From Lama glama (Eukaryota): a stretch of DNA of 64,000 bases. Location of the stretch: NCBI GenBank assembly GCA_028534125.1, contig CM052817.1, forward strand, positions 78,618,001 through 78,682,000, read 5' to 3'. The notes under the pieces were generated by a model, which searched no databases, was not told where the DNA came from, and saw nothing but the letters and a program-made list of their open reading frames with translations. This document shows, in pieces, positions 26,281 to 39,299 of the stretch. Each line of letters begins with the position of its first letter. The stretch's first letter is position 1. A program made the position numbers and the translations under genes.

Positions 26281-26978
26281 GAGAGGAGCAAACTGGGGTA
26301 GTCTGAGAAATGAGAAGTCTACAAATTATTCACTATTGGCAGAGGCATTTTAGCATAGACACATCACTCAGTGCTTTGACTTTTTAAATACAAATTTACT
26401 TGAAAGTGTTGAAATGTTAGACTTGGAAATAACCTGAATTTTTCTTTTTGTACTAATCCCCTGAGGGTACAGACCTATCTAATTTTATATTTATGGGGGT
26501 TACTTCTTGACATTTTGCCTCAAAATAGAAATACATTTAAGCATTGACTCCAAAGGGCTAAGAGCTAAAGAAAAAGAGGTGGTCAGCTAGAGGAAAACCT
26601 TCTCATTGGAAAAGAATCATCATGGAGTGTCACATTAGTGAGAATACCTTGTGTGTGGTCTGGGTGTTTTGTTTTGTTTCATTTCTTTGCCATTTGTTTT
26701 TTGGTGGTGTTAGCTGCCCACAAATGAAGAGAAAAGATGAAGGAACCATGAGTGTTCAGAGAATTGTTCAGAAGTGCAGAGAAGGCCTCAAGATCAGTTA
26801 AAAAAAAATGATCAATGAGGCATAGCTCAGAACATAAAAAGACATTAAGCTTTGACAGCTGTAAAGCAGGAACTTCTAAATCACAAAGAGAAATTAATTA
26901 ACAAGTCTCAGGAAAATCAAAGAAAATTCCATTAAAATTGGATCTATTCAAGTTTGGTAAAACCAAGATACACCAATA

Positions 26979-27468
26979 CAGATCTTCCTTGATTTATGAT
27001 GGCATTGCATCTCAATAAACCCATTATAAGTTGAAAACACATTTGTTAATACACCTAACCTACCAAACATCATGGCTTAGCTTAGCTTACCTTGAAAGTG
27101 CTCAGAACATTTGTATTAGCCTACAGTTGGGCGAAATCATCTAACACAAAGCCTGCTTTATAGTAAAGGGTTGAAGATCTCATGCAATCCATTGAACACT
27201 GAAAGTGATAAACAGAATGGTTGTACAGGTATAGAATGGCTGTAGGTATATTGGTGGTTTACCCTTGTTATGGCACAATTGACTGGGAGCTGCCACTCAC
27301 CGCCACTGCCCAGCATCCCAAGAGAATATCACACTGTATATCAGTAGCCCAGGGAAAGATCAAAATGCAAGATTTTATGTACAGTTTCTACTGAACGTGC
27401 ATCACTTTTGCACCATCATAAATTCCATAAATGGTTAAGTCAAACCATTGTTAAGCTGGGGACATCTG
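26979..27468 (+). mobile_element. TcMar-Tigger non-autonomous element (MER47/Tigger5-like)
   Basis: TA|CAGAT...ATCTG|TA termini with TA TSD; internal AATACACCTAACCTACCAAACATCAT and ATTAGCCTACAGTTGGGCGAAATCATCTAACACAAAGCC match recalled MER47. Confidence 0.85.
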
Positions 27469-27619
27469 TACATGATTTACTAAATGTCACTGAATTAAGC
27501 AACTAAGTCTATGTAGATGCTATATTTCCTTTAAATCTCTCTACACTATTTCATAAGTCTGGTGATTTTTAAATGTTCTAATTAACTTCTCTAACACTGA
27601 GTTGAGGTATTAACATTCG

Positions 27620-27870
27620 AGTGAAATTTAGAACCTGAGGAGAGGGTTATGGGAGCCCCAAATGTATAACAGGTCAGTAGGAAGTATAGGTGGCCCCTGG
27701 GACTTTTGACTGGCGTTCAAAGTGGGGCCAGTCTTGTGGGACTGAGCCCTTAACCTGTGGGGTCTGTGCTAACTCTAGGTAGCTAGTGTCAAAATTGAAT
27801 TGAATTGTTTGTATTTGTGTTGGAGAACTGGGTATGTCAAAAGTCACTCACTGAATGTCAGAAAAAAATG
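27620..27870 (+). mobile_element. LTR 3' fragment (MER21-like)
   Basis: CAGTCTTGTGGGACTGAGCCCTTAACCTGTGGGGTCTG..AGTGTCAAAATTGAATTGAATTG; shares sequence with 60750-60790. Confidence 0.75.
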
Positions 27871-28384
27871 TTACATTGGATATGACTGATGCTTTATAAA
27901 CCCAAGTAGCATTATAAATAGAAAGGATATTGAGCCCAGAGGAAATAGCAAGGCTTCAGATTAGCCTTGTAAATTCTGATCCATAAAGTTATGGCAAATC
28001 TCACAAATACTCATGTGTGGCTCTGAAGCTCCATAGAATAACTACAGAAGAATCAATGTCCTTTATCCTTTGATCCAAATGGGGTGAGCTAAATATGAGT
28101 TATAAATTTTCATTATATGCTTTTTATTCACTCATTCAACAAATATTTATTGAAGTTAGTTATGGGCCAAGAACTGTCCTAGATGCTTCTTATATTTCTT
28201 ATTGGGAGAGACAAGTTAATAACCTATTTTTGAGTATTATATTGACTTATACCTAATTTTACATGATGGTTTCTAAGTAAAGAGAAATTTATTGAAATTT
28301 GAAATATTTTTAAGGCAAAATGTTTTCTATACATAACTTATGTTGATTGTTTGTTGATTGTTTTAAATACATCTGTAGGATGAC

Positions 28385-28563
28385 TGAATGCTTGCTATAT
28401 GCCAGGGGCTCTATAAATATTATCTTATTTAATCTTCACCACTGTTATTATCCCCATCAGGAAGATGAAAAAAATGAAGATTTTAGAAAGATGAAGTAAC
28501 TTACCTAAAAAGTGCGATTTGAACTTGTGCAGTCTGACTCAAGGAACCACACTCTTAACCACA
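28385..28563 (-). mobile_element. MIR SINE
   Basis: TGCTATATGCCAGG..ATTATCTTATTTAATCTTCAC..TTATCCCCAT..AAGTAACTTACC..ACTCTTAACCAC. Confidence 0.75.
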
Positions 28564-29002
28564 AAACTGTTTTTAAATGGTGTCGCTGAGATAGTGGATG
28601 CTCTTTACTTGTCAATAGATAAGACCTTCTGTCAGCTTTGCTCAAAAGGATGGGTGTGAGTTTCCATGTGCCATTGATGAGAATGGGGTCTCATTATCCT
28701 CTAACAAGTTACGCCGTATAATAGAGAAAAGATTAGCACTATATAGAGATGAAATGAATCCTTGTTCTCTAGAACATTTCTACTGGTCATAAATTGAACC
28801 AGATTTGGGAATCATATCTTTGATAATAATTAAGTACCTGTGTTTCTCTAGGAGACTATTTCCCAATATATTGCCTGGACTTCTGGATTCTTGTTAGATT
28901 TTTAGCAGTTGCCTAATCCAAATTCCTCCACAAGTCCTCCCAAACCCTTACAGATCAACAAGAAGAGCAAATTAAATCCATAGCAGGCACCTGTAGCATA
29001 AA

Positions 29003-29392
29003 TGTCTTAGCCTGCTGGGGCTTCCATAACAAAATACCACAGACTGGGTGGCTTCAAAAATAGAAATTTATTTCTCATGGTTCTGGAGGCTGGAAAGTCC
29101 AAGAGCAAGGTGCCAGCAAAGTAGGTTTTATTCTGAGGCCTCTTCTCTTGGCTTGCAGATTACGTCATCTTGCTCACATGATCTCTTCTTTCATTTGTGT
29201 GTGTAGAGAGAGCTCAAGCTAGCTCTCTGGCATCTCTTCCTATAAGGATACTAATCCTATTTCATCAGGACCCCACCCTTAGGACCTCAATTAATCTCAT
29301 TTATCCCCTAAAGGCCCCATCTCTAAATACTGTCACATTAGTTCAGGGCTTCAGTATATGAATTTGGGGGGAACACAGTTCAGTCCATAGCA
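29003..29392 (-). mobile_element. MaLR solo LTR (MLT1A-like)
   Basis: TG...CA bounded, about 390 bp; CATAACAAAATACCACAGACTGGGTGGCTT, AGAAATTTATTTCTCATGGTTCTGGAGGCTGG, GAATTTGGGGGGAACACAGTTCAGTCCATAGCA. Confidence 0.9.
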
Positions 29393-30180
29393 GTAGGAGA
29401 CAGAGAATACTATAAATTTTAATTCCAAACCAACAGAGCTAGGTTTGGGAACCACACCAGAGCAGGGTCTGGTGAAGACTGGGTGGAAAAGAGAAACACA
29501 CTTGTTGAGGTCTAGTGGTGATGAACAGCCACAAAATCTCCCTGAGAAAGAACAAGTCCTCATTACTTCCAAAACAGGTACATGACAGAAACAAGTTATT
29601 TATCTTGTCTCCCCTATATAAGCCATATCTCAGAATAGTCTATAGTTTGGGGGGAAATTTCTATTTATTAAAGTATTCTACATAACAAAGAAAAAATGGT
29701 AGAATGCTCCATTGTTATTTTATAATAATAATGAATGAATGGATCTAGGCAATTATCAGAGGCTGATAGTAACCCCTAGCTGTAAGTATTTCCTGGTAGA
29801 AGATATAAGATAACTTACAAGGTAGTCTTACCAAATAAATAAATAAAACTTGATTCTGACCAGGCTTTTAGACCCAAGGAGTAATTTATAGTAAATACAG
29901 TAGACAGAGGAGTATATTAAAGGGTCAAGATGATGGTTGTTGGCAAACTACAAATTATCCAGTTTCTTCAAAAGAACAAGAGCAGCAAAACAAAACAACA
30001 ACAACAAAGCTGCAAGGAAAAAAAGAAGAGAAAGAAGGAACTGTTGACCAAAAGATAATTAAGAGCTGGATCAATCAACTTAAATGCTTGATCCTAGTTC
30101 AATACACTGTAAATAGAAAAAGGTCAATTGGAAAAATGTTAAGACTGGATATTTTGTGATGTGAAGAAGTAGTTATTATT

Positions 30181-30374
30181 CTGTATAGCACAGGAAACGA
30201 TGTTCAATATCTTGAAATAACCTTTAATGAAAAAGAATATGAAAACGAATATATGTATGTATATGCATGACTGGGACATTGTGCTGTACACCAGAAATTG
30301 ACACATTGTAACTGACTGTACTTCAACAACACCAGAAATTGACACATTGTAACTGACTGTACTTCAACAAAAAA
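30181..30374 (+). mobile_element. young 5'-truncated L1 3' end (camelid-type) with TSD
   Basis: CTGTATAGCACAGG..GAAAAAGAATATGAAAACGAATATATG..GCTGTACACCAGAAATTGACACA plus A tail; TSD AAGYAGTTATTATT at 30167-30180 and 30375-30388. Confidence 0.9.
30288..30369 (+). repeat. perfect 2 x 41-bp tandem duplication
   Basis: ACACCAGAAATTGACACATTGTAACTGACTGTACTTCAACA at 30288-30328 and 30329-30369. Confidence 0.97.
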
Positions 30375-30789
30375 AAGCAGTTATTATTATTGTTAAATAC
30401 GTTAGGTGTAATAATGATATTGTGGGTATTATTTTTTAATTCTTATCTTTTGGAAATACTGAAACATTCACAGATGAAATGAAATGACATTTTGGAATTT
30501 CTTCAAAATCCAAAGTTGCAGAGTATGTGTGGATATAGATGAAATAAGTTGCTCATGTGTTGAATATTATAAAAACTGCTATCATGATTAAGGGGTTCAC
30601 CATAATATTCTCTCTGCTTTTGTATATGTTTGAAAATATTCACAATACATTTTTTAAAAGGAATATATCATAAAATTTGAGGGAAAAAAACAAAGAGGGG
30701 AAAGTCCCATTCTGAATGGGAAAATCCTCAGAATGTGTCTGAGAACTGGTTTCTGGGGACCCAGAGATCAAAAGGCCGCCATCAAAAAC

Positions 30790-31289
30790 TGTGACGAGTC
30801 TGAGACTTTACCCTACTTGGAAACTAACAATTTAGCTGGTCAGTGTTTCACGGATACTGACAGAAGAGATGAGGCTTCTACACCAGAGACGAAGGACTTC
30901 TAGCTCACTGAAAGAGCAGTAGCCAGAGTATCAGCCTTTTTGATAAACTGGGATAGTTCCTCAAGCCTGCTTCTCACAGTGAGGGGCAAGGGTAGCCAGG
31001 TGGCACTGGCGACCAAGTGCATTGCCTTACAGAGGAGGAACCCTGATCTTAGGAAAGTGAGTATTTTTATCCTGGACAGTAATATGCCTACCTGCTACAA
31101 AGGGAGACACTATATGCCAAGACTGTAAGTAGTTGTGCCCTCTAGTCCAGAGAAGCTATTCCTTTTGTCTTCCAAGAGTTTTGTTTCAATAAATATCTTT
31201 GAAAAAGTAACCCAGAACAAAGGCAGTTAGTGCCTCTGCTTGTCAGACGCGCATGAGTGTGAGAGGCCATGGAGAACTGTCTCCCTTAG
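30790..31289 (-). mobile_element. ERV1 solo LTR (MER89/MER110-like)
   Basis: Minus strand begins ..GGGAGACAGTTCTCCATGGCCTCTC..AGCAGAGGCACTAACTGCCTTTGTTC and ends ..GTCACA; about 500 bp. Confidence 0.6.
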
Positions 31290-31449
31290 GAAGGCGCCAC
31301 CGTGAAGGAGAGGGTGAGACCTGGAAGGAGGAAGCATCCTGTTGAGTCTGGTAGTGAAGAGATACAAGAGAGCAAGTTGGGGAATTGAACCCTATAAAAA
31401 TGAAGTCAGAAGATACATCAACCTCGAACAGACCAACTACCAAAGAAAA

Positions 31450-33130
31450 ATCATTTATCTTTACCAGCAGGCGAGGGGCCTCTTAAAAGAAGAAACCTAG
31501 CAAGACATTCTCACCAAATCAACATAAAAACATCTATTATTCCCAGTCCAAGAAAATGATTATAAAATGACAAGTGACAACCATGAAAAACACAAGAAGG
31601 AAATAGAAAATGAGACTCAAAAGATTGTAGCTGATGAAAATAGTCTCTAAAAACCTAAACATGAAGCACAGGGAAATTATGATAAAACACCTACCCCAAT
31701 GAGAATTAAATATCTCTAAATAAGCATTTTTAGATATAAAGGAGGACCTTAAATCACAAATTCAAAAGACCCAGTACAGAAGTGAACAAAAGCACAGTTT
31801 AAAATGAGATATGATCAAATTCAGGAAGGCAAATTGGAAAAATGGTAAAAGTCATCTCCCAGGTGAAGGCCACATTGTAAAGTGTCCAAGGAAGGATAGA
31901 TTTGACTACAAGTCTCATAAGTGATTTTGAACAGAGGAACAAAAATGAAATGAAGAAATAAATAGGATCAGAAAGAAAGTGCTCAATATAGAACAGAAAA
32001 AAGATCCAATACATTTCATTTTTCTGAATAAGAAAAATAAAACAATGGAATAGAGCTACCATAAAAACTAATCAAAGTTAAAAAAAAAACAATGAAATCT
32101 TAATCTTATTGTTGAAAGTGCCTCCCAGTCCCCACCTCATACCTTCAAAATTACAAGACAGAGTCTAGCAAAATTATTCAATTTTTTAAGAATTGGTCCT
32201 CTGGGAAAAAAAATACCAAGAAATTTACAAAATTTCTTGACTGAAATATCACAAGCAAGACAAAAATGACATGGCGTTTAAAAAAAATTTAGGAAAGTAT
32301 GAGTAAAGAATCTTGTATTCAGCTATGCTGCTTTACATGTGTCGAAACTGAAGGAGCTTTGGCAAAAGGACTGCTGATGAGTATTAAAATAGTAGGTCTA
32401 AGAATATACCCAAGGCTAAAACAAAGACGAGAACAAGTATGAAAAGGCATTATGTAAATTATGTGTTCTGACAACATAAAAATAATTTTAAAAGTTGTAG
32501 GAGAGGGGGAAAAGTAGAATAATTTCTGTGAAAAAGTAGAAGTATTTCTCATGAATAAGTTCATTGATTGCTGCATAGATTATAGATAGGAGTCAAAGAA
32601 TACCATTTAAATCTAACAAATCAGATAACAGAAGCTTAATCAAGGGGAAAAAAGGATTAAGGGAATTTTAAGAGTTCTTAGCGCAGAGTTAGCCAACTAC
32701 TAGAATAAAAATACAAGCTTTCTTAAATGCGAAAATAAGCACTAAAATATGCAAAGAAGACAGACCAAGTGGAGAAGAAAACATTGTAAATCTAAAATTA
32801 ATAGTAACATCAAATAAGAAGACAGAATTAAGAACAAACATGCCGATCCTATCAACAAATGTAAAGTGGCTTATCTCGGCTATTTAATGAACAAGATTTT
32901 GAATGTGGCTTACAAAGCAAAATCCATATCTCTGCTCAGTAGAAAAGACACTCAATAACTAAGTAATTCCAAGAGGCTAACAGTAAGGTATTGGGCCAAG
33001 GCAGAGCCGACAAATGAAAACAAGAGTCAAAATGCCGGGGTTGATATCAGCAAGGTACAATTTGAGTGCAAAGCATTAAATGAGACAAGTTAATGCACGT
33101 TGCAGTTAACTGGATGTAAATACACTTGAT
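31450..33130 (+). mobile_element. old L1M ORF1 / ORF2-start remnant
   Basis: A-rich; 32819-32953 translates KTELRTNMPILSTNVKWLISAI**TRF*MWLTKQNPYLCSVEKTL, which aligns without gaps to the L1 ORF2 endonuclease N-terminus (..ITILTLNVNGLNSPIKRHRLASWIKSQDPSVCCIQET..), with stops. Confidence 0.75.
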
Positions 33131-33715
33131 GAACTACCAAGTCTCTGACCAACAAACTGAAAATGACAGAAAATATAAAGCCTCAGATAGTATCTAAATC
33201 CTGTCTCACTTCTAAAATAATTCTCCAAATTGATCTTGACTTTACTATGTTTCAGTAATAGGCAGACATCAATGGTACGTTATGAATTTAACTCTTTTTC
33301 TTAGAGCCCTGTTAAAATCCCAAGAAATGGGATTCTTTAAACCATCCTTACTCTACAAGGGCAAGGAGAACTGGGAGAGGAGAAACAGTAGATGAACATT
33401 TTTCAGTCAATTTTGGGGAAAAGAAAATCGGAAGTCATAATTGAATTACTGGAGCAGAGGAAGGTAAAGGCCACATCTTTAGCGAGAGAAGCCACCAAAA
33501 ACAGAGGACAATTTGTTCCAGAGAATATCCGAGAGGCTGAGCACTTGAAAGGACGGAAGACAAAGCTGAAACTAGGGAACCAATTCTCTCTCTGATTTTG
33601 GAGCATTTGAATCCCTGAGGTCTCTCCTCATGTGAACCCGGGCAGCCAGGCAAATATACCCCATGTGTGGCCAGAGACTGATTCTTTTGGAAAGATGAAA
33701 CCAAAAGCCTCTGGA

Positions 33716-33742
33716 AAACAAATAAAACAAAACAAAACAAAA
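33716..33742 (+). repeat. (AAAAC)n A-rich tract flanked by 14-bp direct repeats
   Basis: CAAAAGCCTCTGGA at 33702-33715 and 33743-33756. Confidence 0.85.
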
Positions 33743-34299
33743 CAAAAGCCTCTGGATTCAGGGACAGGAGGCACAAAAGAAGTCTGGGGTGGAGGTGAAG
33801 TGCGGCATGAAAATCTACATAGTAAACTGTAGTAGTTTGAGATCCCGTCCCTCACTTCTGCTCTAAATACCTACAGCCAGTCATATGTCTGAAGACTAAA
33901 AATTGGAAAAACCCTCCCTAGAACAGCTGAACTGCCAGAAAAGAACCAACGATCAGAAGAGCTGTGGTGGTGAAGTAAGTTCTAGGAAAAAAAGCTGCAC
34001 CGTTGGCCAAAGAGTAACAAGCCCGGTTGGAGAGATGGACGATAAGGTCAAGAAACGAGGATGTTAGAAAAGAAGTGACTGATGGGATTGACTATAGAGG
34101 AAATCAAGGAGTAGGCTGTCTCATCTGGGGAGAAGGACATCTAGAAAGTCAACCAACTGAAGTGGCAGAGCAACTTTTAACTCCAGTAAGGGATGGCATT
34201 CTTAGGAAAGAAATTTTGACCAGAGTGAAGTACTTGGTTGAATAGTAAGTAATATTCGGAGCAACAATAACAATGTAGAAAAATTACTTGACTTCTGGA

Positions 34300-34780
34300 G
34301 GGAGGTAATCTGGCATTATTTCGCTTGAGAACATTGTTAAGTGCATATTTGTTAAGTGCATATCGAAAGTCTTTTCTCAACTTTCACTCAACAATTCCAC
34401 TTTTAGGAATTTATCCTAGGAAAACAAAAACGAATGCGCACAAAGGTTTATATACAAATATGTTTATTGCAGCATTGTCCCTAATAGTAAGAGACTGAAT
34501 AAAACATAAATGTCTCAAACAGGGAATCAGTTAAAAAAATATCGATACAGCTATATAACTGGATACTATAGAGATAAATATTTTCTTGGGAAAATATTCA
34601 TAATAGACTTACCTAAATTTTTTTTTTGAAAACAACCTTTTCTCTATAGTCCCATTTTTAAAGGAAAAACAAAACGTTGTAGAGAGAGAGGTGAAAAATT
34701 CTATCAGTAGTTATTTTGGATGGGAGGATTAAACCTGAGTTTCCATTTCTTCCTTTTCATCTTGATTTGCAAACACTAAA
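34300..34780 (+). mobile_element. old L1 (L1ME-type) 3' fragment
   Basis: CAATTCCACTTTTAGGAATTTATCCTAGG, ATGTTTATTGCAGCATTGT; contains a 15-bp tandem duplication TTGTTAAGTGCATAT at 34334-34363. Confidence 0.7.
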
Positions 34781-37700
34781 GCCTTTTGCATAAATATAAC
34801 AACTCTTAGAGATGCCACACACAGAAAGAACTGACTTATATACATCATGCTTTAATGTTATAATTAGAAAATAAAAACGATTTTCAAAAAGAAAGAGAAA
34901 GAAAGTTAAGGAAAATAAGAAGATGACATGGCGGCAGGTTAATTTGTAATGTTCAGAAAAGTGTTCTGCTTAGCAGAGGAGTAGAGGCTAAATTAGTCTC
35001 CACTTATCCACTCATTCAACAAAAATTTCAGAACATTAACCACGTGCTATGCCCCGTGGTCAGCTCTTTTCCTGTAAAGAGCAACTGACTATTCAAAAGG
35101 TAAGACAGAAGCAGATGGAAATAACCAACAATCACGTACTGAAGTTTACTTTTCTCTGTAGCTTGTAACCTATGTTAAATTTAGATGTAAAGGTGAAAAG
35201 ACTTTCCAAGTTGTGTAAAATATTAGATAAACGTTAAGTCTGACTATGCATAATAACACCTCAACAGTGTCACATTCAAATATTGATAATAACAGCAGCA
35301 TAGGGTGTGAAACTCATCTAAGTTTTGTTGCTAATGTTTACACTACTTTTCCTGTTTACGTTCTAAAATTGTGATACAGTACAAAGTAAAATAAAAATTT
35401 TAAAAGACTAATCATCCAAATGATCTGAGTCTTAAAACAAATGATACTTCACTTTTTCACATGCTTTATTTTCTGTAATAATTGAAAACACTGATCTGGT
35501 AATATACAGAGAATATTGGAACTTACATGGTTAGAACAATGGAAGTAATTTTATTTGGAAAGCAGATGTCTCTAGCTTAGGATTTCCTAAATGAGAAATG
35601 GAAAAATGACTCTCTAGTGCAGTTGCCTTGGAAAGTGAGATGATGTGTGATGTAAGTAATTGCAGTCCTTCCTAACAGAGAGGTATATCAGGATATAGAG
35701 TGGGCACTAGGTCAATATAAAAATTAGCAAATGATGAAAACGATTAAATGCAGGGAATGAAAATTTATTTCAAATAAATTCTGAACATAACCTGCCTCCT
35801 TTTAAAGTAAACCTATGTTTGAACAGAGACATATGTAGTATTCGAAGCAGAAGCCTCCCAGAGATGAAAAAACTCAATTCACTGAGGATATTAAATTTAA
35901 ATGTTCAATTTATACGAAGGAATAAAAGAGAAAGAGCCAAACCAAAACCAAATCGAATTTTCCAAACTCAAATCCCTTCATTTTTCCACATTATTTCCTC
36001 ACTTTGTGTTTTTACATAACTTCCTGTTAGCATAGCATAGAGCGGTGAATTCCTAATTTTCAAATTGCCTTGAAAACTGGAATTTTGCTAATGCAATAAC
36101 TTCCATCATGTTAATCGGCTTTGAACTACGTCAGATTCAAGCCATGGGAACTAAATGTACTTCTTTAGGAGGGTCTGTGTATTTAATTACCACGTTGGCG
36201 GACATGCCATTAGCTTAAAGTCTGAAGCCTCCTGTGAGAAAAGGACAACTCTTAAGAGTTGTCACACATGGAAAGAGCAGACATATAACTCATTCAGCTG
36301 GCTGCCTGTTGTCTGTGGCCCTCCTGAGGCCTAATGTAGACCCCCAAGGGATTTCTGTGCCTCCACACTTAAAGACATTTCCACTGACGTAACAGCTAGC
36401 AACTCAGTCTCCAGATACACGAATTTCATGCAGAGAGGGAGTACCAGCCCTTCCCAGGTAAGTGATAAGTAGCTCCTTTGGAGAATTCTAATTTGGTGTT
36501 CTTTCCAATGATATCTCCCCAAACATTTCCTAGCACACAGTAGGAACTTTACAAATGATTGCTGCATTGAATCAAAGAGTTTATATAGGCATAAAGTATT
36601 AAAGACAGAACAAAAGATATACTGTAGATATTTTCTTGGGCATTTTGGAAAAGCTGGGCTTCAGAAAATGGAAAGTCTGTGTTCACCCCATGGGTGTTTT
36701 GTATGGAAGAAACTTTTCCAAAATGTACTATATAGAGTCTGACTGAAAACCCAAGTTTTCTAAAAGCCCCCTATCTTAAATCTCTGTAAGTGTATCCATC
36801 CAATAAAGGCTGATTTTATGTAAGATATTACACATAAACACATGCTTGAGATGCTACTTTCTTATTTTGGAAAGAGAAGAGGCTTAATTAGACTGTTGTC
36901 CTGAAACCCAACGTAACTTTGATGTTTACTAGTTTGAAGAACTAGAATTTCTGAAAAACTGACAAATTTCGTTTCATGAATTTTAATATTGAAACTATTT
37001 AAATTAAAGCATGACTAAGAATTAGTAAAATTCATGAGAAAAAATTTATGATGATCTGTGATGTTTTGTGAGTCATTAAAAATACTTACTCAGCACTTCA
37101 AAATTAATTTCTTTTCTCTGACAAAACAGTGTGAATGGACTGAAAATAATGTCTGTCTGAGAAAGCAGTTGATACTATTAACTTCTCTACAATGTGGACA
37201 GTAACTATATAAATGGCTCTTTATTCTGCCTTTTCAGAATAGTTTAACTTAGGGTTAGAAGAAAGAGGTTAGAAACAAAAAGTTCAAAAGAATTGTAAAA
37301 ATGCTGATGATATCATAAAAAAGATCATTTTAGCTTTTGCTTAGCACATAGTCTTGCTTAAACCAAAACATCTACCCATCACCCCATAAACGTCCCTACA
37401 CTACTCTTCCCTTTATGAGCAAAAAATTAAGCTTTAAGGGACATTTAATAGCCAGCAGCTGTTTGGCTGCCAAATACTGCATCTGGAGGGGAGTGCACTA
37501 TCCACATGGAAAAAAATAAAAAACAACTATTGTTTAATTTTCTTAAAGTACACCAATGTTTTGCATAAAGACATTTGAATGCTTTGAATATAGGGAGAGA
37601 CACAGGAGCTCCTTAAGTGCATCTAAAACCAGTATATTGTTCTCAGGAGGCAACAAATAACAGAGATATTCCACCATGTTTAAGACATAGGTTTAGTCAG

Positions 37701-38759
37701 TGCTAACGTGAATGAGTTTAACGCCAGGTAAAGGGGGCACATCATGAGAATTTAACATTCATCCTATTCTACTGAGATTACCTCTCCTTGAAACTATAAT
37801 GAATCAAAATAGTTTTCCTGGCTAGGTTACAGTGATAGTTTTCTGAACACACAATTTATTTTAAAAAGTACTTCCATTTCTTAAAATACATTTTAGGACA
37901 GGGAAAAATCAGCTTTAGAAAAATTCAGACGAGGAGCTGGTCTTATAAGAGTCTGGTAAAGCAAGGATGAACTTTGGGATCATAATATGTTGAGTGGGGC
38001 TGCTTTTTAAACAATATGCTTTGAGCTTTTGTTAAAGGGAAATATAAAAACCGTAAAATATTGTATTTATTTTGATTTCTCCCTGGGATCAAAGTTGTTT
38101 CCCCTGCCCCTTCACTTTTTACTTTGGAAGAAAGTGTGGTATGACAACCATGATATCAATAGGTAATACTTCAAGAGGTGGCAAATGTTACCCCTGCAGA
38201 ATCTAAAGTGGTTCAAGTAGAAAGAAGTCGGTTCAGGAGAGAGAGAGGGAAAGACGAGTAGCCTCACTCCTCCGTTCCTGCCCTGATTGATGCCTCTTGC
38301 CTCCCTTTCTTCTTTCTCTCAACTCCCCCGAGATAAAAGCATGGAGCGCGACATCTGCCTCATCCACTCATCCTTCCTCTGGACCCCAGGTCATGTTCAC
38401 CATAAAGGCTAACGTGAAAACCATCTCCGAGCATTTTAAATCGCTGCCAAAGGACCTACCTCTTTCATTCTCTCAGAAACACACACGTTTTACTACTGTA
38501 GGAAAAAAAAGTACATTAACTACTAAATTCTGAGTCATTTTCATCATGGGTAAATGGAGAGGATCTAAACATTAATATACACTGCTGAGGAAGGGAGGCA
38601 ATAGAATGGGACTTGGGAGCTTACAGAGTCCTTATAAGTCTCCATATGGAAGAAAATGGGGGGGGGCAGGGAGGGTAATTGCTGCTTCTTTGCATCACGG
38701 TTAACTGAAGGAAAAGTTAGGATATACGTATCTCCAAAACACAGAAACAGTAGGTTTGT

Positions 38760-38836
38760 CTGCCTGCATTTCTTCCTTCCTTCCTTCTTTCTTCACTTCC
38801 TCTCTTTCCTTTCCTCTCTTTCATTCTTTTTTTCCC
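38760..38836. repeat. CT-rich low-complexity tract
   Basis: TTCTTCCTTCCTTCCTTCTTTCTTCACTTCCTCTCTTTCC... Confidence 0.8.
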
Positions 38837-39299
38837 CAAACTGATAAAATGTCCCAAATACGGACCTTTGCTACCAAAGGAGAATGAGGTATCCTCTTTC
38901 CTAGAAATTGTTCAACATAATATGTTGTCTTCAATGTTTCTGTAATATCTATAGTATCTTAGAGATTGTCAATATAATCAGTTAATCCTCAACCTACTCT
39001 TGTGATGTGAATTTATATTTCACTTATACATTTCATAACAATTTATATGAAATTGATCAGTGCTATTGTAGAACTACTGTTGAAGTGGGTTATACTATTG
39101 TATGCCAAGTTCTTTTCCTTGAGGTAGATAAAATCTTATCAAGGAGATGAGACTTATACATACAGCACAGTTATAGAATAATAAAGCATAGTGCACAATA
39201 AAATGCTAAATTTATATGATTAAAGGCTTTTAGCCTTTTTAACACTTGTTGTAAATGCTGGATGTAACTGAGAGGAATGGGAGAAATCAGCATTTCTAT

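Larger units (their letters stand above)
29720..30660 (+). mobile_element. old L1 (L1MC/L1ME-type) 3' end, host of a young L1 insertion
   Basis: TTAGGTGTAATAATGATATTGTGG, TTCACAGATGAAAT, TATTCTCTCTGCTTTTGTATATGTTTGAAAATATTCACAATA. Confidence 0.7.
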
